Assembly: GCA_016187335.1 (NCBI GenBank)
Contig: JACPJW010000001.1
Location: 800,001-864,000 of the forward strand
DNA: 64,000 nt
Reading direction: 5' to 3'
Origin: Candidatus Aenigmatarchaeota archaeon
GTDB taxonomy: Archaea > Aenigmatarchaeota > Aenigmatarchaeia > GW2011-AR5
A model generated the notes under the pieces. That model worked only from the letters and a program-made list of their open reading frames with translations, was not told where the DNA came from and made no database searches. Position 1 is the first letter of the stretch. Each line of letters starts with the position of its first letter. Position numbers and translations under genes: made by a program. This document shows, piece by piece, positions 8,624 to 17,987 of this stretch.

Positions 8624-10432
8624 GTGCATTCTGGTGGATTTATGGAAAAAGTCATCAACAATTTTTCGTGGAAAGTCGCCGGCGAGGCCGGCCACGGGAT
8701 CCTCAATGCCGGCCTGATGTTCGCCCGCATGTGCATGAGGGGCGGCCTGAACGTTTTCGCTACTGCGGAGTATCCCTCCCTGATAAGAGGGGGGCACAAC
8801 CATCTTGATGTACATGTCAGCGACAGACCGCTGCATTCGCATACGAGGCACGTTTCGCTTCTTGTGGCGCTCAACATGGATTCTGTTACGAAACACAGCC
8901 GCAAAATACTCCCGGGCGGCGGCATCATTTACGACGGCGTTGAGATGAAGCTTGATGAAAAGGATTTCCCGGGAATAAACCTCTATCCTGTGCCGCTCCT
9001 TGAGATAGCAAACCAGTGCGGCGGGATGATAATGCGCAACACTGTAGCCATGGGCGCTTCCATTGCTTTGGCGGATTTTGACCTTGAGATGTTCAATACC
9101 GTGCTGCGCGACAATTTCGGGAAAAAGAAGGGCGAGGATGTTGCAGAGAAAAACATTATTGCCGCAAAGACGGGCTATGATTACATAAAGAAGAACTTTC
9201 CTGACGGTTTCCGGTTTGTTTTGAGGAAGAAAGAAAACAGCGACAGGATATTCATTTCCGGCAACGAGGCCATATCTGTGGGCGCGATAAAGTCGGGGTG
9301 CAAGTTCTTTGCGGCTTATCCGATGACGCCTGCTTCATCCATCCTGCACACAATGGCTGCGAACGAGCGGGCATACAACATCGTCGTCAAGCACACGGAA
9401 GATGAAATAGCCGCGATAAACATGGCGGTAGGCGCGGCTTTTGCCGGCGTGCGCTCCATGACAGCAACGTCCGGAGGCGGCTTTGCATTGATGACGGAAG
9501 GGTTCGGCCTTGCGGCGCAGGCGGAAGTGCCCCTGGTTGTTGTCGAGGCGCAGAGGCCGGGGCCTGCCACGGGGATGGCGACGCACTCCGGCCAGGGCGA
9601 TTTGCGCTTTGTTCTCCATGCGAGCACTGACGAGTTTCCGCGGCTGGTGATTGCTCCGGGCGATGTTGAGCAGTGCTACTACAAGACTGTTGAGGCTTTC
9701 AATCTTGCCGAGAAATACCAGATGCCTGTTGTTGTGCTTACGGACAAATACCTTGGCGAGAGCTTCATCAGCGCGGAAAAATTCAGCGACGAAGGAATTG
9801 CTGTTGACCGCGGTTTGCTGCTCAGCGAAGAGGAGCTGCAAGAAACGGAAGATTTCCGGCGCTTCAGGGTAACCGAAAGCGGCGTTTCTCCGAGGAGCAT
9901 ACCCGGCCAGAAAGGCGGCGAGCATACGGCTTCAAGCTATGAGCACGACGAATACGGCTTTGAAAGGGAAGAGGAAGAAATACGCACAGCGATGCACGAC
10001 AAGCGCTTTAGGAAATTCGAGCAGATGAAAAAGGAAATAAAAAACCCCGGGCTTGTCGGCAACGGATATTCCGACATAACGATAATTTCCTGGGGCTCCA
10101 CAAAAGGCCCTGTCATGGACGCGATGCGCATGCTGGAAGAGGATGACATATTTTCCAACTTCCTGCAGGTCCTTTACATAAGCCCGCTTCCCGTGGAGCA
10201 GCTGACAGACGTGATTGGAAATGCAAGAAGGGTTGTAATCATAGAGAATAATAAAACGTCGCTTCTCGGCGGACTCATAAAGGAGCATACGGGCATTGAC
10301 ATAGGGCATAAAATACTGAAATACGACGGCCGGCCTTTCTCGCCGGAGCAGATAAGGGACGGGATAAAAAGGATAATTGAAGCTGAAGAACGGGTTCCTG
10401 TAAAAAGGGTTGAGAAAGAATGGCAGATATGA
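8624..10432 (+). CDS. korA: 2-oxoacid:ferredoxin oxidoreductase alpha(+gamma) subunit
   Basis: GEAGHGI, YPSLIRGGHN, AAYPMTPAS, EDEIAA, QRPGPATG; substrate specificity cannot be determined. Confidence 0.92.
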   Translation: MHSGGFMEKVINNFSWKVAGEAGHGILNAGLMFARMCMRGGLNVFATAEYPSLIRGGHNHLDVHVSDRPLHSHTRHVSLLVALNMDSVTKHSRKILPGGGIIYDGVEMKLDEKDFPGINLYPVPLLEIANQCGGMIMRNTVAMGASIALADFDLEMFNTVLRDNFGKKKGEDVAEKNIIAAKTGYDYIKKNFPDGFRFVLRKKENSDRIFISGNEAISVGAIKSGCKFFAAYPMTPASSILHTMAANERAYNIVVKHTEDEIAAINMAVGAAFAGVRSMTATSGGGFALMTEGFGLAAQAEVPLVVVEAQRPGPATGMATHSGQGDLRFVLHASTDEFPRLVIAPGDVEQCYYKTVEAFNLAEKYQMPVVVLTDKYLGESFISAEKFSDEGIAVDRGLLLSEEELQETEDFRRFRVTESGVSPRSIPGQKGGEHTASSYEHDEYGFEREEEEIRTAMHDKRFRKFEQMKKEIKNPGLVGNGYSDITIISWGSTKGPVMDAMRMLEEDDIFSNFLQVLYISPLPVEQLTDVIGNARRVVIIENNKTSLLGGLIKEHTGIDIGHKILKYDGRPFSPEQIRDGIKRIIEAEERVPVKRVEKEWQI

Positions 10433-10456
10433 TTTCCGGTTTGATAAAATGATAAA

Positions 10457-11320
10457 TTGATAATTATGGCAAGCGTCAAAGATTTAACGGCAAAAGAGCA
10501 GCCGACATGGTGTCCCGGCTGTGCTGACTTCGGGATATTGACCGTGTTAAGAATGGCTGTTGCTGAATTAGGGCTGGAGCCGCACAACACGCTGCTTGTT
10601 TCAGGGATAGGTTGCGGCAGCAAGACGCCGCACTTTGTCCGCACGTACGGCTTCGAAGGTTTGCACGGCAGGATATTGCCCGTTGCAACCGGAGCAAAGC
10701 TCGTCAACAAAGACCTTACCGTCATAGCTATCGGCGGCGACGGCGACGGTTATGGCATCGGCGGAAACCACTTTCTGCACACGATGCGGAGAAACCTGGA
10801 CATGACATATCTTGTGCAGGACAACGAGGTTTACGGACTGACGAAGGGCCAGGCATCGCCCACAAGCCCGCAGGGATTCAGGTCGCCTTCGACGCCTTCC
10901 GGCGCTCTGGAAGAGGCCGTGAATCCGATATCGCTCGCAATTATTGCCGGAGCCACTTATGTTGCAAGGGGATACGCTTTCAATATTCCGCATCTGAAAA
11001 TGCTTATCATGAACGCCGTGAAGCACAAGGGCTTTGCATTGATTGACATCCTGCAGCCGTGCCCGACGTACAACAAGGCGAACACGATGGCGTGGTACAA
11101 CCAGCGCGTTTACAAGCTGGAAGACAGCGGCCATAACGCTTCGGACAAAGCTGCTGCTTTGGCGAAAGCCGAGGAATGGGGCGACAAGATTCCCATAGGC
11201 TTGTTCTACAAGGCGGAAAAGCCCACGTACGAGGACGGGTTGCCCCAGGCTTCTGTTCCTCCGGTGAAGCACGATATCAGCAGTATTGATATTAAGCCGA
11301 TTCTCGCAAGGATGATGTGA
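10457..11320 (+). CDS. korB: 2-oxoacid:ferredoxin oxidoreductase beta subunit
   Basis: WCPGCADFG, SGIGC, GLHGR, TPP motif GGDGDG...DNEVYGLTKGQASPT. Confidence 0.93.
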   Translation: MIIMASVKDLTAKEQPTWCPGCADFGILTVLRMAVAELGLEPHNTLLVSGIGCGSKTPHFVRTYGFEGLHGRILPVATGAKLVNKDLTVIAIGGDGDGYGIGGNHFLHTMRRNLDMTYLVQDNEVYGLTKGQASPTSPQGFRSPSTPSGALEEAVNPISLAIIAGATYVARGYAFNIPHLKMLIMNAVKHKGFALIDILQPCPTYNKANTMAWYNQRVYKLEDSGHNASDKAAALAKAEEWGDKIPIGLFYKAEKPTYEDGLPQASVPPVKHDISSIDIKPILARMM

Positions 11321-11405
11321 ATTACCGGGATGAGACCGGTCAAGGTTTCTTGAAATCTTTATATATCACCTTGAACATATATATTACTGCTTCTAGAATG
11401 TAATT

Positions 11406-11451
11406 TATCCGCGATTGCATTACGTTTGTAATGCAGCAGAACGGGCGGATA
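11406..11451. repeat. Nested hairpin with TATCC/GGATA closing stem
   Basis: TATCCGC...TGCATTAC-GTTT-GTAATGCA...GCGGATA. Confidence 0.5.
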
Positions 11452-11467
11452 CGGAGCTGGGTCCTGA

Positions 11468-11605
11468 ATGGTAAGGAAAAAGAAAAGCAAGTATAAGAAA
11501 ATCTACATAGAGTCATGGAAATGCAGTGGCTGCGAGTTCCAGTGGAATTATAAAACAGTCAGGTGTCCCTTGTGCTCGTCGCAGCTTGCGACAAAAATTA
11601 TTTGA
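11468..11605 (+). CDS. 45-aa basic Zn-ribbon microprotein (not in the ORF track)
   Basis: Manual translation MVRKKKSKYKKIYIESWKCSGCEFQWNYKTVRCPLCSSQLATKII; two CxxC; followed by a T-rich tract. Confidence 0.65.
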   Translation: MVRKKKSKYKKIYIESWKCSGCEFQWNYKTVRCPLCSSQLATKII

Positions 11606-11837
11606 TTTTTTTCTTTTTCTTTTCTATTTTCTTCGTAATTCCGCCGTAATTGGAAACGCGCCAGTTGATACGGTAATAGAACGCTATGACAAGAGACGAC
11701 CATTCCGGAATTATCTGGTTTCCTCTATATGGGGACGCTCCGGAAGATGAAAGAGTATGCAGTCGATATGTTGTGATTCTTGTTTGATTGCAGTGTGAAA
11801 CTATAACCTATTTATAACTTTGCAGCTAATGTAGGAG

Positions 11838-13607
11838 ATGACGCGAAACAGACCGACGCACAAAGTGCGTCAAGCGACTAGCAGTGAAGTTTCTTCTGAA
11901 AAGCAGACAAAATTAATATTCGTCACAGGCGGCGTCATGTCCGGGGTCGGAAAAGGCGTCGCTGCAGCTTCCATAGCGAAAATCCTTCAGGAAAACGGCT
12001 TTTCCGTCAATGTTGTCAAGATTGACCCCTACATAAATTATGACGCAGGCACGCTCCGGCCGACGGAGCACGGCGAGGTGTGGGTCACCGACGACGGCGG
12101 CGAGATAGACCAGGACCTGGGCAATTACGAGCGTTTTCTGGGCATAGACATACCGAAAAAGAACAACATAACAACCGGCCAGATATACAAGGAAATCATT
12201 GACCGTGAGCGGAGAGGAGAATATCTGGGCCAGACCGTTGAGTACATCCCGCACGTCATAGATGAAATCAAAAGGCGCATCCGGGAATGCTCTGACGGTT
12301 ATGACATTCTCATCGTTGAAATCGGCGGCACCGTGGGCGAATACCAGAACATGCCCTACCTGTTCGCTGCAAAATCCTTTGGGCTGGAGCTTGGCTGGGA
12401 GAATGTGTGCCACGTTTTCATCACGTACCTGCCCGTTCCCACGCACATAGGCGAGATGAAAACAAAGCCGGCGCAGCAGTCCGTGAACCTGCTTAACGAG
12501 CAGGGAATATTTCCCGACTTCGTTCTGTGCAGGTCGTCAGTAGCTTTGGACGATGTCAGGAAGAAAAAAATACAGACAATGACGAACATCAGCATTGACA
12601 GCATAATTTCCGCGCCGGACATAAAGACAATCTACAAGATACCGCTGAACTTTGAAGAAGAAAGCCTGGGAGAAAAGATTCTCCGCCGGCTGAGGCTGAA
12701 GGCGGCAAAGAAGCCGGACTGGACCCGGTGGAAAAAGCTCGTCAGCAACATAGAAAACCCTTCTGGCAGGATAAAAATTGCCATCGTGGGCAAATACGTG
12801 GACACGGGCGCCTTTACGCTTGCTGATTCTTACATATCCGTGAATCATGCGCTGGGGCATGCCGGGGCGTCGCTGGGAGTGGGCGTTGAAATAGGATGGG
12901 TCGACGCGAAGCAGATTGAAAAAAGCGGCATCGGCATCTTGAAAGATTACGACGGCATAATAGTCCCTGTCGGCTTCGGCGCAACGGGCGTTGAAGGCAA
13001 GATAACCGCAATAAAGTATGCAAGAGAGAAAAATATTCCGTTTCTCGGTCTTTGCTTCGGGTTGCAGCTGGCAGTTGTTGAATACGCCAGAAGTGTATGC
13101 AATCTTGCCGGTGCAAACAGCGTTGAGGTGAACCCGAAGACGCCGCACCCTGTGATAGACATCCAGCCTGCGCAGAAAGAAATCCTTGCGCAGAACATGT
13201 ACGGCGGGACAATGCGCCTGGGCGCTTATGCGGCGTCGCTGAAGAAAGGCATCGTGCTTGACCTGTACAAAAAGACCGGCCGCCTTGCGCGGGACAAAGA
13301 AAAACTGGAGCAGCTGAAGAAAGACGAGAGCCAGAAATTCCGCTTGGGCATCATTGATGAGCCTGCCGTGCTTGAAAGGCACAGGCACAGGTACGAGGTG
13401 AATCCCAAATACGTTTCTGTCCTTGAGGACAACGGACTGTTCTTCTCCGGCCACCATACGCGCTTTGACAGGACGAAATTAATGGAGTTCATTGAGCTGC
13501 CGAAGCATAAGTTTTTTGTTGCAACGCAGTCGCACCCCGAATTCAAGTCGCGTTTGGGCGACCCTTCGCCGCTTTTCTTCGGCTTCGTGGATGCGTGCAG
13601 GAAATAA
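11838..13607 (+). CDS. pyrG: CTP synthase (glutamine-hydrolysing)
   Basis: IFVTGGVMSGVGKG, KIDPYINYDAGT, EIGGTVG, GLCFGLQ nucleophile elbow, ERHRHRYEVN, SHPEF. Confidence 0.97.
   Translation: MTRNRPTHKVRQATSSEVSSEKQTKLIFVTGGVMSGVGKGVAAASIAKILQENGFSVNVVKIDPYINYDAGTLRPTEHGEVWVTDDGGEIDQDLGNYERFLGIDIPKKNNITTGQIYKEIIDRERRGEYLGQTVEYIPHVIDEIKRRIRECSDGYDILIVEIGGTVGEYQNMPYLFAAKSFGLELGWENVCHVFITYLPVPTHIGEMKTKPAQQSVNLLNEQGIFPDFVLCRSSVALDDVRKKKIQTMTNISIDSIISAPDIKTIYKIPLNFEEESLGEKILRRLRLKAAKKPDWTRWKKLVSNIENPSGRIKIAIVGKYVDTGAFTLADSYISVNHALGHAGASLGVGVEIGWVDAKQIEKSGIGILKDYDGIIVPVGFGATGVEGKITAIKYAREKNIPFLGLCFGLQLAVVEYARSVCNLAGANSVEVNPKTPHPVIDIQPAQKEILAQNMYGGTMRLGAYAASLKKGIVLDLYKKTGRLARDKEKLEQLKKDESQKFRLGIIDEPAVLERHRHRYEVNPKYVSVLEDNGLFFSGHHTRFDRTKLMEFIELPKHKFFVATQSHPEFKSRLGDPSPLFFGFVDACRK
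11844..11879. repeat. 36-nt palindromic module shared with 21377-21412
   Basis: CGAAACAGACCGACGCAC-AAA-GTGCGTCAAGCGACT; 30/36 identical to 21377-21412 by manual alignment. Confidence 0.8.
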
Positions 13608-13707
13608 ACTTTAAATACTTGTTGCAGATGTAACTAACTAACTTTGAACTTTTTTGAAAATTCTTTTTCAAAAAAAGCTTCGCTAAAATGGAACAGGTGA
13701 AAACCAG

Positions 13708-13809
13708 ATGAAAATAAGTTACGAGGACGACGACGATTTCGGAGACGACGACTGGGACGACGAGGATGACGACGAAAGCGGTGACGGGGATTTTGACGAC
13801 GAAGAATGA
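13708..13809 (+). CDS. 33-aa poly-acidic microprotein (not in the ORF track)
   Basis: AGGTGA 7 nt before ATG; MKISYEDDDDFGDDDWDDEDDDESGDGDFDDEE; T-rich tract after the stop. Confidence 0.6.
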   Translation: MKISYEDDDDFGDDDWDDEDDDESGDGDFDDEE

Positions 13810-13895
13810 GTTTGTTTTTTATTTTTACCACAAAGACTGGAGTTCGGTTTCTGGATTTTTTATTATAAGTAAAGCCTTGGGTGCTGCAGCCGGAA

Positions 13896-14711
13896 TTAAG
13901 CTTTCTTCAGGGTCACTTCGACCTGCCTGTAAGGTATCTTTATCCTTGCTTTCCTGAATTCTTTGGCTATCTGCGAGTGTATTTCCGTTTTCACGCCGGG
14001 GATGTTTGCGCTTGAGAGGTCAAGCCAGTAGAAAGCCTCCAGCTCCAGAGACGAATCCCCGAAGCTCTTGAAATATACCTGCGGCGGCGGCATTTTTATC
14101 ACGTCCCTGTGTTTTTTCAGTATGCCAAGCATTATATTTGTTGCCTTTCCCACGTCGCTCTCGTAGCCTATTCCTATGCTAAGCTTCACGCGGTAAAGCG
14201 TGTCGGGAGCGCTCCTGTTTTTTATCACCGATGTCATCACGACGGAATTCGGTATTGTCACGTATTCCCCGTCGGCCGTGTAAATGACGGTTGTCCTTAT
14301 TTTTATGTCGCTTACCGTCCCTACAATATCGCTGATTTCAACTATGTCGCCTATCCTGAAAGTCCTGTCAAGAAGCAGTATAATCCCGCCGATGAAGTTG
14401 GCAATTACATCCTTTGCGGCGAAGCCCACGACTATTCCTGCGAAGCCCGCTCCGGACAGGAGAACAAGCAACGGCTCTTTTAAGTTGAATATGGTGAGGA
14501 TGTATGCAAAGGCGATGAAATAGACTATCACCGCAAGGACTTTCTGCAGCGCGGCAAGGTCGTGCTTTGACAGCTTCGCGCGCGCCTCCATCTCGTCCAC
14601 AAGCATGTCCGTGACAAGCTTCTTGAAGGAATACGCGGCAATGATGACTACCAAAGATGTAAGAATTTCCCTTGACACAGAAAGCGTTGTTTCGGAAACC
14701 ACGGCAATCAC
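13896..14711 (-). CDS. mscS: Small-conductance mechanosensitive channel
   Basis: Three TM helices, GFAAKDVIANFIGG, FRIGDIVEI, GTVSDIKIRTT. Confidence 0.92.
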   Translation of the reverse strand: MIAVVSETTLSVSREILTSLVVIIAAYSFKKLVTDMLVDEMEARAKLSKHDLAALQKVLAVIVYFIAFAYILTIFNLKEPLLVLLSGAGFAGIVVGFAAKDVIANFIGGIILLLDRTFRIGDIVEISDIVGTVSDIKIRTTVIYTADGEYVTIPNSVVMTSVIKNRSAPDTLYRVKLSIGIGYESDVGKATNIMLGILKKHRDVIKMPPPQVYFKSFGDSSLELEAFYWLDLSSANIPGVKTEIHSQIAKEFRKARIKIPYRQVEVTLKKA

Positions 14712-14990
14712 GAAATCGCAGATTAAATTGAATTTGCAAATTATTTTTTCCGAGAAACTAATGCAGAGAAGGGTTTATAAGTGTTGCTAAAACGGAAAAA
14801 GAAAATCGGAAATAATTTATCAGGATAAAATTAGCAAGAAAAGGTTTCAGAAAATAAGTTCCTTAAACATTTGATTCTTCAATCTATCTGCGATTTTTTC
14901 CGCAGTTTCTTTGTAATTCAATTGTAATTGAAAAATCCCATACATTTCGCTGAGAGAAGTTTTTAAAACTACTTTGAAGTAACAGTAAAT

Positions 14991-15374
14991 ATGGATGAAA
15001 TTGATGACAGGGAAATTTTAATTGTAATTGACGGAATAAAGGTGACAAGAAAGGCTGCAATACAGAGACTTATGGAATGTTTAGGCGCACCTGAAGAGCC
15101 GCTGTTCGCGCAGGACGGGCGTCCGAGATATATTCGGCGACAAGGGAATCCGGAGCATCAGGTTCCTGAAGGCTTTGCAAGCTACGTTTCCAATCTGGCT
15201 GCGTGGATAGACTCGCGCTCGGCAGAAGGCGATGCAGCAGCCCGCCTGGAAGATTATGCTATTCGCCGGAGAATATATTTCAGGGAGTTTCGCAACATGC
15301 CTTACAAAAGGCTGGCTGGAATCCTGGAAAGCCGTGACGCAAAAGCTGGCAGGATGCTTGGAACCGGGGTTTAG
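14991..15374 (+). CDS. Hypothetical protein
   Basis: 127-aa ORF preceded by a TATA-like TTTTTAAA; no family recognised. Confidence 0.55.
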   Translation: MDEIDDREILIVIDGIKVTRKAAIQRLMECLGAPEEPLFAQDGRPRYIRRQGNPEHQVPEGFASYVSNLAAWIDSRSAEGDAAARLEDYAIRRRIYFREFRNMPYKRLAGILESRDAKAGRMLGTGV

Positions 15375-15407
15375 TTTTTCGCTTGTGGCCTCTGAAAAGG
15401 TCTACCG

Positions 15408-15435
15408 TTTTGATCAAACTTTTCTGAAAAGTTTG
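15408..15435. repeat. Hairpin+ATCAAAA dispersed motif copy
   Basis: TTTTGATCAAACTTTTCTGAAAAGTTTG. Confidence 0.85.
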
Positions 15436-15472
15436 TTTTCCCATTTAAATATTTTCACAGCGTATTCTTCAC

Positions 15473-15820
15473 ATGCTTTCTGAGGAGAGGTTCAAGTACA
15501 GGCGCGCGCCTGCCATGCCGAGGCGCATCACTGAGATAAACCCCGAGAAGGACATAAGGGTGAGGATTTTCGGCCGCGTTCTTGACAAGTCCGATGGCAC
15601 GCTGATTGTTGACGACGGCTCGTCATCCGCGGAAATAGTCGTTGACAACAGCGAGACAGTGCGTGCCGGCGACGTTGTGAGGATATTTGCCCGCGTGCTG
15701 CCGCTGGAGACAGGCTACGAATTGCGCGGCGAAGTGATCCAGATAATGAACGACATGGACACGGCATTGCTCCGCAAGATAGAGCTGCAGGACAACATGG
15801 GGATAAGGGTGGGGGAATAA
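15473..15820 (+). CDS. Replication protein A small OB-fold subunit
   Basis: VRIFGRV...LIVDDGS...GDVVRIFARV OB-fold pattern; lies upstream of PCNA. Confidence 0.75.
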   Translation: MLSEERFKYRRAPAMPRRITEINPEKDIRVRIFGRVLDKSDGTLIVDDGSSSAEIVVDNSETVRAGDVVRIFARVLPLETGYELRGEVIQIMNDMDTALLRKIELQDNMGIRVGE

Positions 15821-15822
15821 AC

Positions 15823-16092
15823 ATGTCCATGCCCTCGTATAATGAAGTTCATTCAAGGCTGTTGGCTGAATTAGATAGAGAAACCCCTTCTGTGCTTGCG
15901 CAGGGAGTTAGAATGCTTTTAGAAAATCTCCGATTAAGATACCAATTAAAATCTACTGAAGAAAATTTAGAAGGTTACGTATCGGCAATATCCTTAGTAG
16001 AGGAAGCTCTTGGATTGGGACGCCAGAAACAGCATGTCCGTTCAGTCAGGGCAAATAGTCCCGAACCCTATGTATTCCAGCGAACTGGTTGA
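15823..16092 (+). CDS. Hypothetical protein inserted between RPA and PCNA
   Basis: 89-aa AT-richer ORF with 2-nt and 6-nt gaps to its neighbours. Confidence 0.55.
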   Translation: MSMPSYNEVHSRLLAELDRETPSVLAQGVRMLLENLRLRYQLKSTEENLEGYVSAISLVEEALGLGRQKQHVRSVRANSPEPYVFQRTG

Positions 16093-16098
16093 TTAACA

Positions 16099-16842
16099 AT
16101 GTTCTCAGCATCCATAGACGACGTTTCATTGCTCAGGGACAGCATATCGGCTGTGAGCGAGCTCATAGACGAAGTAGAGCTCAGCGTGAAGGCGGGCGGG
16201 CTGAAGATGGTCGCGGCGGACAGGGCAGTTGTTGTCGTGGTTGATTTCTTTCTGAGCAAGGACGCCTTCCGTGAATACAGCTACGAAGAAGACGCCAGGA
16301 TCGGATTAAACCTTGTGAGCTTCCTGCAGATTTTGCGGCGCGCCATGCCAGGGGACAGGCTGAAGCTCAGGCTTGAGGGCAACAAGCTTCATATCGTCTT
16401 GGAAGGGCAGTCCCTGCGCTCATTTGTTCTGCCGCTCATAGACGTGTCGCGCGAGGAAACGCCGCCCCTTGACAAGCTGGCGTTCCCTGCAATCTTTGGG
16501 ATGAGTTCTGATATATTCTCAAGCGGCGTTGACGACGCGGAGCTCGTGGGCGACTCCGTTGTGCTGACGGTAAGGAAGGACAGGTTCACCATGAAAAGCG
16601 AGTCGGATTCGTCCGCAACGCAGCTGGAGATTGTTCCGGGCGAAACATTGCGCGTTGTTGACATAAACGAGCCCGTCCGCGGCAGGTATTCTGTGGACTA
16701 CCTGAAAAAAATACTGAAGGCAAGGAAGCTTTCCGCCAACGTGACGATATCAATGGCATCCGATTACCCCGTCAAGTTCCAGTTCGACGTGCCCGGAAAG
16801 ATGGAGCTGGGCTTCGTCCTCGCGCCGAGGGTTGAGGAATAA
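16099..16842 (+). CDS. pcn: DNA polymerase sliding clamp PCNA
   Basis: ISAVSELIDE, AADRAVVVVVD, YSVDYLKKILKA, C-terminal FVLAPRVEE. Confidence 0.95.
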   Translation: MFSASIDDVSLLRDSISAVSELIDEVELSVKAGGLKMVAADRAVVVVVDFFLSKDAFREYSYEEDARIGLNLVSFLQILRRAMPGDRLKLRLEGNKLHIVLEGQSLRSFVLPLIDVSREETPPLDKLAFPAIFGMSSDIFSSGVDDAELVGDSVVLTVRKDRFTMKSESDSSATQLEIVPGETLRVVDINEPVRGRYSVDYLKKILKARKLSANVTISMASDYPVKFQFDVPGKMELGFVLAPRVEE

Positions 16843-16900
16843 TTACTTTTGCATTATATTTTGTAATAGTCGAATTGAGGCAGTTTGATTTCTTAGGAAA

Positions 16901-17016
16901 ATAACATGCTCTAATATGAACCCACGACTTTAGTCGTGGGTTTTATGTGCATGTTATCCAGAATACGTTGTGTTTTTCCTGAAAGGCAGTTTTCAACGTA
17001 TTCTCGGATAAGCAAG
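16901..17016 (-). mobile_element. Non-autonomous palindromic element, copy A (IS200/IS605-end or REP-like)
   Basis: AACCCACGACTTTAGTCGTGGGTT hairpin at 16919-16942 plus GAATACGTTG...CAACGTATTC nested stem; inverted near-copy at 20123-20298. Confidence 0.7.
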
Positions 17017-17018
17017 AA

Positions 17019-17192
17019 TCAAAGCCTCACGATTTCGTACACTTCTAGTTTGTTTCCAGATATGCGATACAAAAAATATCTCTTGTCAACCTCGACAGGA
17101 TAGAAACGCCCGGGTTTCATTCCCTCCGGCGCTCTTTTTAAAATACGGTGTAATTCAACAGGTCTATGTACGCCAGTGAGCCTCTCATTCAT
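17019..17192 (-). CDS. 57-aa hypothetical protein (not in the ORF track)
   Basis: MNERLTGVHRPVELHRILKRAPEGMKPGRFYPVEVDKRYFLYRISGNKLEVYEIVRL; GGTGA upstream. Confidence 0.5.
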   Translation of the reverse strand: MNERLTGVHRPVELHRILKRAPEGMKPGRFYPVEVDKRYFLYRISGNKLEVYEIVRL

Positions 17193-17248
17193 ATCTTCAC
17201 CGATTTTTTATTTTTTGGGCCTAATAATTATTTAACCTTTTAACCAGT

Positions 17249-17959
17249 TTGTTTCTTATGACAGTAAGGATTCTGACGAGCGATCTGATTACCGTTGAAG
17301 CTGCTCTTCAGAAAGCAAAAACATCAGGATTCAAGAGTTACAGGGATGGAGATTTCAGGAGGTTTGAGGCAGCTGTCAGGGAAGCTGCCATGAAAAATCC
17401 GCACATTGCTCCATGGCTTCTTCCAGCGTATGAACCTCTAAAGAAGAGAGCGAAGAAATATCTTTCTTTAGTTGAGAAAGAATGGGAAGCGCTGGGTTAC
17501 AGGGTGATGGGACAAATCCATGATGTAACAGATGTTACAGGTTACCCTCTGACCGTGTTCACAACCATGCCTGCTCTCAGGGATATTGATGACGGGGATT
17601 ACCTTATTCTGGGCAGTTCAAGAGAATGGTCCGACCCTGTCCTGAGAATATGCCGCACAGCCTTGATGAGAAAAATTAATGGGAAAGATGGCGGGTACGG
17701 GAGAATAAGGCGGGCTGTTGCCGACCTTGTAATGGAGGAAGTGGTTTCAAGGCTTGTTCATCTTACAGCGCTTCCTCATTATTACGGCGTGGAATACCCT
17801 CCTTTCAAAGGCTGCGGAGTCCTGGAAGAATTGAAAATGCAGCTGCTGCCGGAATGGAACGAATTTATTGCTTCCGAAAGAAACGGAAAAAATATTGATG
17901 ATTTTATATCAAGGGCTGAAGAAATTGCTGGCAGAAAAGAGGAACAATACGCCCGTTAA
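17249..17959 (+). CDS. Hypothetical protein
   Basis: 236-aa ORF; no motif recognised. Confidence 0.6.
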   Translation: MFLMTVRILTSDLITVEAALQKAKTSGFKSYRDGDFRRFEAAVREAAMKNPHIAPWLLPAYEPLKKRAKKYLSLVEKEWEALGYRVMGQIHDVTDVTGYPLTVFTTMPALRDIDDGDYLILGSSREWSDPVLRICRTALMRKINGKDGGYGRIRRAVADLVMEEVVSRLVHLTALPHYYGVEYPPFKGCGVLEELKMQLLPEWNEFIASERNGKNIDDFISRAEEIAGRKEEQYAR

Positions 17960-17987
17960 GAAATCTCAGGTTCCACCCAGTCTTTCC

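Noticed and set aside
16901-17016. Integron attC sites explaining the orphan genes
   Set aside because: No clear RYYYAAC/GTTRRRY boxes, the elements do not follow each orphan, and no integron integrase is present
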